From: Callorhinchus milii
Lineage: Eukaryota
DNA: 64,000 nucleotides
Assembly: GCF_018977255.1 (NCBI RefSeq)
Contig: NW_024704742.1
Location: forward strand, 92,630,001-92,694,000
Direction of reading: 5' to 3'
A program made the position numbers and the translations under genes. Shown here one piece after another: positions 1-11,613 of this stretch (its first letter is position 1; each line of letters opens with the position of its first letter). Under the pieces are notes generated by a model that worked only from the letters and a program-made list of their open reading frames with translations, did no database searches and was not told the origin of the DNA.

Positions 1-262
1 CCAAAGCGCTTCACAGAATATACTGTAAAGTGAATTAACTGTATATTTGTGGGCGAAACGCGGCAGCCAATTGCGCACAGCAATGTCCCACAAACAGTCA
101 TGGATTGAAAATGACCAATTTATTATTGTTTTTGGTTTTGGAGGGATTATTATTAGGCTCTGTGTGGAGTAAGGAAACTTGCCCAAGGTTTCGCCCTCTG
201 CCTGGAATTGAACTCAGGTCTCTCGCTTGCAAAGAGAGTGCTCTAACCACTGAGCTACAGGA
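1..262 (-). mobile_element. Young tRNA-derived DeuSINE, short form (3' end cut by window edge)
   Basis: Near-identical to the reverse complement of 3876-4212, with tRNA A/B boxes and Deu-type core. Confidence 0.92.
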
Positions 263-764
263 GGTTATTAGTATGTAAATAGAATATGCAAAAATGTTCT
301 GTTAATAAATAAGTCATTATGTCCAGCATACTACATTTTATTTGGTGCAAGGCTTTAATCACAGGATCTCTGCAGAGAGAAATACTTTTTGTTAACTATA
401 TCCGCAGGCATCTTGTTTGTGTTATTCCTCATGACTATTTCTGAAAATTTAATCTCTAGATATGCCATGTACAATGATTAAGTCCAGCTGCTTGTTTTCC
501 TTCTCCGGTCCTGACTGGCTGAATTTAAAAAAAAGAAACGGATGGTTTCACATGCTGAGATATTTAACCAGGACATGTGACCTAGACCAGGGTGTCAGAG
601 CCAACTGGCTGTATAGGGCCTTAAACCGCATCCAGCCCACAAACATTGTGTGTCCAGAGCCCAGGTTTGCTGTAACCCGATGGGGTAAAAACACCGGCAC
701 GAGGCAGCAATTACAACCTGTCAATCACTTTCAAATCAGTAACAGAAGAGACACGGAGAGATTC

Positions 765-905
765 AGAGACACATGCATACACACGTACACACATCCATAC
801 GCATACACCTGCCCACATGCACACCCACAAAGGCACACCCACCCACGCACCGTATCACACACCCACCCACAAACATACACACATGCACACACACGTGTAT
901 GTATG
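765..905. repeat. Degenerate (CA)n / CA-rich simple repeat
   Basis: acacatgcatacacacgtacacacatcc...cacacacgtgtatgtatg; explains the His/Thr/Pro-rich spurious ORFs. Confidence 0.85.
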
Positions 906-1254
906 TTTCTGGAAGGGAAATACAAAAATATTGCTTATGCCCCCGCAGACGTTTCTCAAATATGGCATCCGACTCTCAGCAGTCAAAAGGTTGGACCATC
1001 CTGACTTAGACTTCTGGTTGCTTCCTGAAGGAATGGGTTTTCCAAAGAGTGGTTATCGTTACATTCAGCTGTTTTGCGAGAATGTTTGCGTACCCTTCCT
1101 CTTGCACACCAATACATAAATGTAAATTGTTTTCTCGAGGGGAATACGAGTGTGAACTCTTTTGTGTACCCTTATTCTTGCCATTACTATTACCAGGTAA
1201 GAATGCGAGCAGTGTTCTGAGTTACGTTGGTCTTCACAGGGATTCACTCTGGAA

Positions 1255-1370
1255 TTTATACTGGTTTTGGAAGTCACTGGGAGAAACTCCCTTGTCTTTT
1301 CAAATAGTGACATGGGATCTTTAATTTCAGCTGAATAGGCAGATGGGACTTTGTCTCATCCGAAGGACGG
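1255..1370 (-). mobile_element. Old SacSINE1-like DeuSINE fragment
   Basis: gggagaaactcccttgtcttttcaaatagtgacatgggatctttaa...ctcatccgaaggac matches the reverse complement of the old SINE body (compare 7345-7470). Confidence 0.7.
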
Positions 1371-3331
1371 AAAGCTAATTGATAATTCACCTCGTACCTG
1401 TTTGTGAGACCTTGCAGAGATTTAAATTATTGCATTTTTCATACGAAAACATTTGACTAATTATTAAAGTGTTTTGACATGGTGGAAAAATGTAAGCTCT
1501 TTAATCAAAATTTGGGTGAGAATTATGACGTCTTGTATTTCATACTTTGATATGGGAATTTTCTGAATTGTGTCTGTGCATCTGACCAGCTGAATTGTGC
1601 TGTTTTTATTGAGGAACAGAAATACATCAGTTTTCAGCTAGTTTCACAATACCATTGCTTTCGTTTCAGGCTGGAGGATAGATGCTTTCGTGATCACTGA
1701 TAATTGGCTGTATTACTAAGTGCTTACTTTACTTGTTTGGGATGAGGTGGATGAGATGTGCTGACAGCACAATGGGTTTTGTTTTGTTTACTTCCGAGGC
1801 TTGCGGTTTGCCTGCATTGTGCTCAAATTAAGAAAGAATGTAGTAAATGTACCATTCCACAGATTTGTGGCTGATTTGTTTTTTTTGCTAAGAATGAGGA
1901 AATTGTTGAACGTGTATTGCGCAAAAACACAGTTATCAAGTGTGAAAGCAACAAACAATAGAGTAAATTGGATCATCTCGGGAATCCGGCTAATCTCAAG
2001 TACTGGATTCCACAAGCCCCTCTGCTCTTTCTCCCCACTTTCCAAAAAAAATTGGCGGATCTAAACCCTTATTAAAATTATGTTGCAAGTGAATGTTGCA
2101 AGTGTTGTAGCAAACTGTCAGATGTAAAAGTTTGACTCTTTGATTCGTTCCAGAAATTCTGGGAGCCTCTTTTTTACACACACACAAACACATATACAGT
2201 TCGAATTAGAAATGAAATGTGTTTCCAAGCACACGCTTAATTAAAATGGGTTTTACAGTGGCTGTGTGTTTCTTAGCAGAGACTTAGTCCTGAAGTGGCT
2301 GCGGTGATCAGCTGTTGGGCTTGACTTTTATCGCAGCTAAGCGGCAAGAAGCTGCTAATTTGTCACGTTGGCCGGTTTGTACTGTCGGCTCCAGTCTGGT
2401 GTTTCAGCATTCCTGGTATGTTTATTTTGTCCTCCTGACTCTAGCCTATGCTCTGCTGCCTTCAAAGAGAAATCTCCAGGCTCCAAAACATTCCAATTAA
2501 TCCATGGACCAATCCTCAAATATTTAGTTTACTGGCATTAATTCATTTTTATTTTGTGTGCAGAGTTGAAACTGGATGCTTTCCTCCTTGCGGTGCAATG
2601 TTCGATTGCAGATCAACCATTACTAGTCTTTTCTCTTCTCTGTTATGTTCCTGGAGATACTGCCCTGGATAATATTGTACAACTTTAAGCAGAGCAATGA
2701 TCAGAATTTGCTACATGGCCACAGCCCCTAGAATCTGACTGTGTTGCTGAGGGGGACAGGACGGGAAGTGTAGAGGTAGATAAAGAGAAGGAAGAGAAAA
2801 TAAACTTGGATGTGAGTGCTGCTTTATCTCTCTGCGAGTTCTTCCGCTTGTATCGGTTTTAGTAAGCTTTTGAGTTTACGTTCTAAACTTTGCTTCAGAT
2901 CTTTAAAAGTATGTTTATAGTTCAAACGAGCCAAGTATTGGGCGCCGTTAAAGTGTAATGCACAGAAGAGTAATTGCCTTTTGCCCATTGTTCCAGCTGT
3001 TATATTCTGTAATGTGAAAGGTCAAATGCTTGCAAGCTCCATTCTTTTGTTTGCCTCTTTAAAGTCAGGAATTTTGTTGAGAATTGTACGGCTAGTGCTT
3101 TCCAGATTTTGTCAGTCTACTTAATCTACTTAATGATCACATTCAAACACGAATATATTTTATTCCTCTCGGTACAATATGCACTTTCAAATTGTCAGAT
3201 GAACTTGAGTGATCAATGCTGCACCTGGTAATTCTGTGTCTTACATAGTCAACAATATTTGTAAAATTATTTATGCTAATGAATGTATGAATGAAGTGAT
3301 TGGTGATGAACGTGAAATAATCATTGAATCT

Positions 3332-3765
3332 ACAAGAACAATTTGCATTTATATAGCGCCCTTCACGCCGGGTAGCGTCCCGGAGCGTTTCACAGTGACG
3401 GAGTCTGACCCCGAGCCAAGGGGAGAGGGAGGTAGCAGTAAGCACGATCAAAAAGGAAAGTCTTCAGGCGGGACATGAAAGTTGGAAAAGAGGGGACAAG
3501 GTGGAGGGATTCGGAGAGATAGAGTTCCAGAGCTTCGTGGCGTAGTGACTGAAAGCACGCCGCCAGTGGTGGAGAGGGCCAGGGATGAACAGGAGGCCGG
3601 AGCAGGCCGAGTGGAGGCAGTGATTGGTGGAGTAGGGGGTGAACAAGTCGGAAAGGTAGGGAGGTGCGAGGTCAGGAAAGGATTTGAAAACAAGAAAGAG
3701 GATCTTGAAGTCGATCCATTTGGAAATTGGGATCCAGCACAGCCTGGCAAGGACTGGATTAATGG
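3332..3765 (-). mobile_element. L2-clade LINE 3' fragment (ORF2 C-terminus and 3' UTR)
   Basis: Minus frame reads RAFSHYATKLWNS, typical of the L2 ORF2 end; tail cgtgaagggcgctatataaatgcaaattgttcttg. Confidence 0.85.
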
Positions 3766-3875
3766 GGGTCCGAAGTTTTCTGTAGGTTAATATCCGGGCT
3801 GCGGATCTAGTATTATCACATCAATGAGGTGTCCCTAGATAATCCAGTACCTGTCCCCAGGTAACCTACTACGCC

Positions 3876-4212
3876 TGTGGAGTCCTGTGGCTCAGTGGTT
3901 AGATCACTCGCTTTGCAAGTGAGAGACCTGAGTTCATTTCCAGGCAGAGGGCGAAACCTTGGGCAAGTTTCCTTACTCCACACAGAGCCTAATAATAATC
4001 CCTCCAAAACTAAAAACAATAATAAATTGGTCATTTTCAATCTACGACTGTTTGTGGGACATTGCTGTGCGCAATTGGCTGCCGCGTTTGCCCATATATA
4101 TGCAGTCAATTCACTTTACAGTGTATTCTGTGAAGCGCTTTGGGACGTCCTCCCGACGTGAAAAGCGCTATATCAAATGCAAGGATTATTATTATTATTA
4201 TTATTATTATAT
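3876..4212 (+). mobile_element. Full-length young DeuSINE, short form, with 6-bp TSD, adjoining an L2 fragment (4213-4310)
   Basis: Head gtggagtcctgtggctcagtgg (A box) and gagttcatttcc (B box); core tgtttgtgggacattgctgtgcgcaattggctgccgcgttt; (ATT)n tail; TSD tacgcc at 3870-3875 and 4213-4218. Confidence 0.95.
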
Positions 4213-4312
4213 TACGCCCCGAAACTCTGCAACACTCTCCCTCAATCCCTCCGCCTTGCCCCTTCTCTCCCCTTTTTCAAGTCCCGCCTGAAAACCTTCC
4301 TCTTCGACCATG

Positions 4313-4570
4313 ATTGTCTGCCTGTTCAGGTGGACTTTAAACATCCCATAGCATTATTAGAAAACAGAAGGAAATTACTGGATACCAATCCTCCTGATAA
4401 AAATGGGTCATTCACTTCATTAACTGTCTGGGGATGTTACTGTGCACAAATTGGCTGCCACATTCACCTACAAAATACACAGTCACTACACTTCACAATA
4501 AATCCAATGATGCGCTTTGAAACATCCGCCTGACATGAAAAGTGCTATATCAAATTCAACGATTATTATT
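4313..4570 (+). mobile_element. Old SacSINE1-like DeuSINE, 3' half
   Basis: gtctgcctgttcaggtggactttaaacatcccatagca...ctgtgcacaaattggctgcc...tgaaaagtgctatatcaaat. Confidence 0.8.
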
Positions 4571-4932
4571 TTATTAATGAGTCCAGGAGTTAGACAGTCA
4601 GAATGTGGATGAGGGCAGTGTCATGATTGGTAAAGACACCGTGGAATAAAACACAGTCCTGCATCTATAATATATAATAATCCTTGCAATTGATATAGTG
4701 CTTTATCATCAGCAACAACAACTTGCATTCATACAGCACCCTTCATGTGGGGTAGCTTGTGGAGCGCTTCATGTCATTGAGGCGTCTCAAACCACTTCAC
4801 AGAATATAGTGTAAGGTGATGTGACTGTTTGTATCCAGGAAGCCAGTGGGTTAATCCACTATGTGTGCACTGAATTAACTAAACTCAGCCAGGGCTGCTT
4901 TTGTGACACAACATTTGCCCACTGCTGGAAAT

Positions 4933-5705
4933 TACAACAACAACTTACATTTATATAGCGCCCTTCATGCCGGACGGCATCTTGGAGTGCGAAATAACAA
5001 CAACAAAATTACACTTGTAAAGCGCCTTTCAAGAGGATGTCCCAAGTCGCTGAACAGCTGGGGATTAGGAACTGAATGTGGGGGGTGCAGGGTTTGGGAT
5101 GAGAGAGGGCAGAGAGATAGGGGGACCGCTGAAGGCACAGTCGAAAAGGAGGGTCTTGAGTCAAAGAGGCAAGGGAGGGAGCAAGGCAAAGGGATTGTGG
5201 GATAGAATTTCAAAGGGTAGGGGCAGAGAGGTTGAAATCCCGGCCACCGATGGGAGGACAGGTCGGGCGGGAGACATGGAGCAGGCCAGAGTCTGCTGAA
5301 GAGAACTTTTAATTTAGCACAAATGCATCATGCCAGGTTGAGCGGACAGGTTGATGGGGGTCAGCATGTCAGAGAGTTAGGAGGGGGCAAGGCTGTGGGG
5401 GACCTTGAAAGTGTGAACGAGGATTTTGAATTCTATCCTCTGAGGGATGGGGAGCCAGTGGAGCTGGGCAAGGGTGGGGGTGATGGGGTCACGGAGTCTG
5501 GTGCAGGAGAGGACACGAGCTGCAGAGTTCTGGATGATCTGCAGCTTGTGGAGGGAAGAGTTGGGGAGGCCGACAAGGAAGGAGTTTCCATAGTCAAGCC
5601 TTGAGATGACAAATGTACTTACGAGAGTTTTGGCGGCCTGAGGAGTGAGACAGTGGTGGAGTCGGGCAATGTTGCGGAGGTGGGGGGAGGCAGAGCGGGT
5701 CATGG
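4933..5705 (-). mobile_element. Nested L2 LINE fragments (two 3' tails plus ORF2 piece)
   Basis: Minus ORF 5377-5739 reads LRNIARL...AAKTLVSTFVISRLDYGNSFLVGLP...LQIIQNSAARVL...LHWLPIPQRIEFKIL, a canonical L2 ORF2 C-terminal motif set; (CAA)n tails at about 4935 and 4997. Confidence 0.9.
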
Positions 5706-6037
5706 ACCGTCTCTCACATATGACTGGTCTGCTGATCACCTCTCACTTGTTACTGCCACCAGAATTAGGCTTCAGTACCTACTCAGTGAAAATTATACTG
5801 AATTCACCATCTTGACCAAATGAGCTTAAATTAAAAAAAACACGGTACGACTGGAAACTTGCAAATTCTTCTGTTCTTGCAGTTAACAATCCAGAAGAAC
5901 ATTGCTTTTTATACTACTTTTTTGGTGTGTGTGTGTCTGTGTATGTGTGAATGAGAAAATGAAAGTTGTTTCCATTCAGAATTTTTTTTTAGAAAAAAAA
6001 GACTCAAGTGAAGAAAGATCACCTCTATATAATATAC

Positions 6038-6357
6038 AATAATAATCCTTGCATTTGATATAGTGCATTTTCACATCTTCAAGACGTCTCAAAACGCGTC
6101 ATGGAATATACTGTAAAGGGAATTGATTGTATATTTGTAGGCGAAACACAGCAGCCAATTGTGCACAGCAGTGTCCCACAAACAGTCGTGGATTGAGTGA
6201 CCAAATTATTATTGGGATTTTAGGGTTTTTTCTTGAGGGATTATTATCAGGCGTGTGGAGTAAGGAAACTGGTCCAAGGTTTCACCCTGCCGGGAATCAA
6301 ACTCAGGTCTCTCGCTTAAGAGGTGAGTGCTCTTGACCACTGAGCTACAGGCCTCCA
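6038..6357 (-). mobile_element. Full-length DeuSINE, short form, older tail variant
   Basis: (AAT)n tail, Deu core, tRNA head ending gagctacaggcctcca; more diverged than 3876-4212. Confidence 0.9.
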
Positions 6358-7159
6358 TGTAATGTCTGTTGCAAGGAATGAACTTCACTGGAAGTGTTAG
6401 CAGAAGCACACTCTCTCCCTGGAGGGACAATCCTGCTTACCCAATTTCGGAAAGTATTAGGCACAGGTTGGCAAGAGCAAAGGCTTGGGTACCCCAGTAT
6501 GTGTGTTGAGGTACTGCTGAATTTTTAACAAGTTAAACCCATGAATGCACTGTCTGCAAGATTTCAGCTACTTGTCCAGCTGGGACCACCCTACTTGTTA
6601 TGGCTTCGGTTTGCTGGGGTACTAGGAGCTGAGTGGGTAGAATTGTTGCCCCCAGTGATTTTTCCATCTCTTCAAGTCCTGTCAGTAAGCCAGGCTGGCT
6701 TTTCTCAGTGCCTTATAGTGGTGTGGGTCTGCCTGGCACAGGAACTAGACTACCGAGACACCCACAGGGTTGACTCTATTCCAATATTACTTTGCCAAGC
6801 ATGTTACCTTGAAGCCAGCTCAGCCCCAAGGAAACCCCGCGTAGCTCCCTCAAGGATATTAGTCATTAGTTGGTCATGTGAGATCTGACAAATGTAAGTT
6901 TGATGCCTTGTTAGGTGGATATCAGGTACCAGGAACTTCCTGCATGTTCTATTGCTGAGCAGCACAACACAGCATGAAATGGGTGGGAGCATTGCCACCC
7001 TTGGTTTGCCACAGCTCAGACACACCCTTGCGCATTGTGTGGTGGTTCCACCAGTTGAAATTAGTAATAGCTGCTTATCTCTGTATACCAGTCGATAAAT
7101 ACCAAGTGCTGGATGTTTAATCGCATATTCCCAAAACTTGTATATCATGGAGCAGCTGT

Positions 7160-7680
7160 GTGTGTCAGCCTAACTCAGCTTGTAGCACTCTTGCCTACAC
7201 TTCAGAAGCTTGTTGGTGCAAATCCCAATTTGGGACTTGGAACTCTTAATAATAATAATCCTTGCATTTGATATAGCGCTTTTCACGTCGGGAGGACGTC
7301 CCAAAGCGCTTCACAGAACACACTGTAAAGTGAATTGACTGTGTAGAGTCTAGGCCACCACTCCGTTGTTGGAGGTGCCGACCTTTGAATGAGATGTTAA
7401 ACTAAAGTCCCGTATGTGGGTTCAGGTGAAAAATAAAGCTCCCACAGCTCTATTTGAAAAGAGAAGGGAATTTTACTTATTCTGAAATATCCTTGCTGGT
7501 AATCCGCCACATAATATCAATTGTTCGCCTCATGCTTGTTTGTGGGACATTGCTGTTTGTAAATTACTTTCCTAGTTTGCCTACAAATTCCACAGTCATT
7601 ACACTTCACAGCATGTGCTGTGAAGCTCTTTGAGATGTCCTTCAAATGTGAAAGGTGCTATACCAAATGCAAGGATTATT
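7160..7680 (+). mobile_element. Old SacSINE1-like DeuSINE interrupted by an antisense 5'-truncated young SINE (7248-7343)
   Basis: Old head gtcagcctaactcagcttgtagcactcttgcc, body ttggaggtgccgacctttgaatgagatgttaaac, Deu core and tail; the insert is identical to the young SINE 3' end. Confidence 0.85.
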
Positions 7681-8120
7681 TTAAACCTCAGAGTTTTCTC
7701 ATCAACTATTTGAGTGATATCTGCCTTTAGCTTGATGGAATGACTGTTTGAAAGATCCAAGTCCAGTGTTGCATACCAGCTTTACTCAACCCCAACTGCT
7801 TATACAGGTCCTTGAGTGAGGCACGAACGGTAAACCAGTTGAAGAGCATATGGCTGGAGGGCGTACAGAGGCCGCGCGGGGCAAAAACACAAATGGATTT
7901 GAAGGTGCTTAGATGTATGGTTTCTTTAATCTGGTATTGATCCGATCTCAATATTTGAGGGATCTGCTGTTTCACGATTGACGTGGAAGCATTTTATAAA
8001 ATGTGGATCACCCAGCAGACTGGGTTGGGGAAAGGAACAGTCAGACAAAGAGGTTTTTAAGAAGCGTTTTGAGGATCACCTGTCGTAGAACAGCGCAGTA
8101 GTGTGTACTTTTATATAACA

Positions 8121-8827
8121 CTAGCTGTACCCGTTTCAACCAAAGGATCCAATCTGGAATTTAGATTTCAGTGATACCACTCACAAACCGTTTAACGTGC
8201 TGTAAACACTGTGTGTACACCTTAAGCAAAACTGCCATACATGTGCAATGAGCTTGCTTGGGTCATAGCTCATGAACTATAAAAGATCGTATCAAAGCTA
8301 TGTCAACCAAAGAGGTTTTACTGTGTGATCCGGCAGGTCCTCAAGTTATTGCAAGGCTTCTGTGTCTTTTTCCCGACGTGAAAGGCGCTCTATAAATGCA
8401 ATCTTGATGTTGTTGTTTCTTATTGTGGTGTGCACTTTAATGTTAGGCGAAATTTCCGCCCACCGACAAAATTGGCACACATATATTTTGCTACCATCTC
8501 ATCAACGATTGGAGATACTGACTCAATACTTTTTGTATACTCGTTTTTAGAGCTGGCGTTTTCAGTGATACTTCTCACAAACCATTTTACATGCCAAAAA
8601 CCCTGTGTGCACACCTTAAGAAAATTGCCATACATGTGTGATGAGCGCGGTTAGGTCATAGCTCATCTACGATAGGAGATTCACCCCCCCCAAAAAAAAA
8701 AATGGCCATGACACTTGTCCATGCAAGATCTTTCCGATGATGTATAAATCATGACTCTACATCAGTTGGTTATTGCATTACTAGCAGACAGACAAACAGA
8801 CAGACATTTCGTCTTTATTAGTATAGA
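8121..8827 (-). mobile_element. Non-autonomous Helitron (707 bp)
   Basis: Minus strand begins TCTATACTAATAAAGACGAAATGTCTGTCTGTTTGTCTGTCTG and ends CGGGTACAGCTAG. It is inserted between A and T with no TSD, has an imperfect subterminal hairpin, and has an internal ~105-bp diverged direct repeat (about 8166-8272 and 8560-8666). Confidence 0.8.
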
Positions 8828-9034
8828 TTTAATGTTGGCACTCTGGAGACAGTCAATGAAAGTGTACCGGATGTATTTTCATTGATTTTTATCAAAGGCT
8901 TCTCAGACCTTTATGTGGTTTGGTTAACCAGAAGGTGTGATTGACTCCATCTATCCTGGATCATTCTCCTGACATGAAAGGCGCTATGCAATTGTAATCT
9001 TGTTGTTACAAGACACAGAAGCCTTGCAATAACT

Positions 9035-9175
9035 CTCTCCCTCCCTTCCCTCCCCTCACCCTGACCATTTCCCCCCTGCTCGGGTCATGACCCAACTGTG
9101 CAGCGCCTTGGGACGTCCTCCTGACGTGAAAGGCGCTCTATAAATGGAATCTTGTTGTTGTTGTTGTTGTTGTTG
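9035..9175 (+). mobile_element. L2 LINE 3' UTR end with (TTG)n tail
   Basis: cagcgccttgggacgtcctcctgacgtgaaaggcgctctataaatggaatc(ttg)n; reverse complement of 11614-11740. Confidence 0.88.
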
Positions 9176-10044
9176 CCTTGGATGGAGACGAAAAGGCTGG
9201 CTATCATATTTTGATGTCTACTGATAAACCAATCTTCAAAGGAACATAGGAATGTAGAAAACTGGAAATTATGGTCCATCTGGAATGTCCCAAAGAAAAA
9301 AAGATAGATCAAAGGGACACTGTGTAAATACAAGGTGGAAAGAAGCTCTTAAGTTGTGGATCTGGTGATTTTTTTTGTCATTTACAGTGGGCCTTGTCCA
9401 GGTAAATCTATATAAATCTTTTTGGGGAAAAGAAACCCAGAAATCTGTAAGCCAGCAGACTGTTGAGGACTGTGGAGGGACTATGAAGTTCATACTGCAG
9501 CTCTTTAAAACCTGCCTGATTATATATTGTAGAAACATTGTGGATTTTTGTTGAACAAACCAGTAGAAATTGGAATGGGATGCATAAGTCACTGTGTAGA
9601 ATTGCCCCGTATTTGCAATTTAAAACCTGCCCAATACAGAACTATTTGTGAGATTGTGTTTCAACTGTTAGTTTGAATTCCATTTGCTCACTAAGATCCT
9701 TACAGTGGGCCTGAGTAATTGTATAGACTAAGCAAAACTTTGCATGGATGTTTTTTTGGATTAACTCTATTGCATTATAGCCTAAAAATGGTCATGATTA
9801 TGGTGGCTGGTTCCCCTGGTATGGTTTGATTTGACTGAAACATTAACCCGAGATTCATTCAATCTATTTTAGTAGTTCAGGTTATAAATCCCATGGCACT
9901 ATATCAAAAAAGAACAGGGAAGCGTGTCAGTATTCTGGCCAATATCCCTCCTCAAAATAGCCCTTCCTCAAAAATATGGTATTTGGATGGTCTTCACACT
10001 GCCATCCGTTGGACATTGTTGGTGCAGATTAGATGCAGCATGTT

Positions 10045-10200
10045 AGAACATAAGAAATAGGAGCAGGAGTAGGCCATTCGGCCCCTCTAGCCTGCCGTGC
10101 CATTCAATAAGATCATGGCTGATCTATTCTAACTCCACCTAGCCGCCTTATCCCCATATCCCTTTATCCACAAGAAATCTATCAATCTTAAATGTTCAAT
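10045..10200 (-). mobile_element. CR1 LINE 3' UTR fragment
   Basis: agaacataagaaataggagcaggagtaggccattcggcccct matches the reverse complement of the CR1 3' end at about 13100-13220. Confidence 0.88.
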
Positions 10201-11613
10201 CTATCAATCTCTGATGTTCCCTCATCAGTCATTGCATTTTATAGTAATTCTCTGATGTGCAATTCAAACAAGGGCATATAATATAAATTCACTTTTTCAG
10301 GGGCATATCTTTCCTGACTCTTGCCTATAGCAACCAGTGTTGGTAGAATGAATTCATGCATGGAATAAAATTCTACCTGGATCTTGATTTACTCTCTTAA
10401 CATAGCATTCCAGCGTGTGCAGAATATGTCAAATTGTTGAATTCAAGTTAAACTTTGAAGAATTCCTAGAGCTGCCCAGTGGTGAGTGTGTCAGCTCTGT
10501 GCTCTTTCTCTTCCTTTCTCTCCCCTCCCACCCACCTGGGTCCTGGCTAGTGAGTTCATACTGTAGTCAGCACTTGTTGGGGTTACAGTAAAATTGCCAT
10601 TTAGATATGAAAGATAAATGATCCTCGGATCATAAAGTTAATTCTCATTAGATTTGAATTACTTCTGTGAATGGATAAAAATGTTTCCATATTTGGAGGG
10701 CAAGGCATTATATACTTACTGTCACAATCTGGGGAATTTTTTTTAAAAAATCCTAAGCGTTGGAGGCAAAGATAATCTAGGGCGCTACAAAACATGAGTG
10801 CAGTCTTGCGTTTCAGCATGAAAATGTGTTTCAGTAGTCTGGTTCAGATGTATTGCAGTTACTCAATGGAACTGTGGTTGCAAGCTCTTCCTGTCTAGCT
10901 GGCTTCCTAGTCTGGTTATGCTTGCAATGTCAGTGATGATCTCGGTACCTCAGAAAATGAGTGCGAGCAAAAAGTGCCCCGTTTTATAAACTGGTTGTAT
11001 TTTATGACACTCCCCCACCCCCATACTTGATAAGCCGTGTTGCACTACACTGCAGCCTGCACTTGGTCTCCACACTGCAGGCTTGGTCTGTTATGTTACC
11101 GCCTCAAACAGTAGAAATATCAAGGGGAGGCACTGAATGGAAATGAAGCGTCGCTTCACATGGAGGGAGTAGGCAATCGCAGGGAAATCTTGATGCAGGT
11201 CACACACTCTTGCTTTACTGAACATACCTTTGGTGAAGAGCCAAAGCCCACTGTGCAGGAACCACCAGGGTTGAAACGCGAGATAAATCAAATTGCCCAG
11301 TGACACCAAGCTTGTTCTATAGCTGTTTTAAAGAAAAAGGCATTGTCGGAGGAGCCCCAGGCAGGCTGCCCATATACCCTGCTGGCCTGGGGCTGGTGTG
11401 TAGATTGCAGGGAGAACTAAGCAAGGGGCAGAATCTGAATAAATACTTGTTGATTTGAGAATACTTTGAAGGAACCAGCCAGTGTTGTGCTCAGCTGACT
11501 AGACACCAATTTGCTGGAGACAAAGAGAGGGGATTGGTGGGGGGGCAGCAATTTATACACATTGTGCCCTTCAAGTAGGATGTTTGCTTTGAAACACTTT
11601 ACAAAAGACTGAG

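Noticed and set aside
462..1119. Longest ORF (180 aa) and overlapping His/Thr/Pro-rich ORFs
   Set aside because: They are open because of the stop-poor CA-rich repeat; no recognisable domain or splice structure.
3877..4291. Recurrent 'conserved' ORFs such as MGKFPYST...WDIAVRNWLPR (also 33631, 41644, 45864, 61401)
   Set aside because: They are translations of SINE copies, not a gene family.
6541..7148. ORFs 6541-6888 (+) and 6804-7148 (-), and the similar-looking region about 32590-33060
   Set aside because: No recognisable protein motif or exon boundaries; possibly very old TE debris but I cannot classify it.
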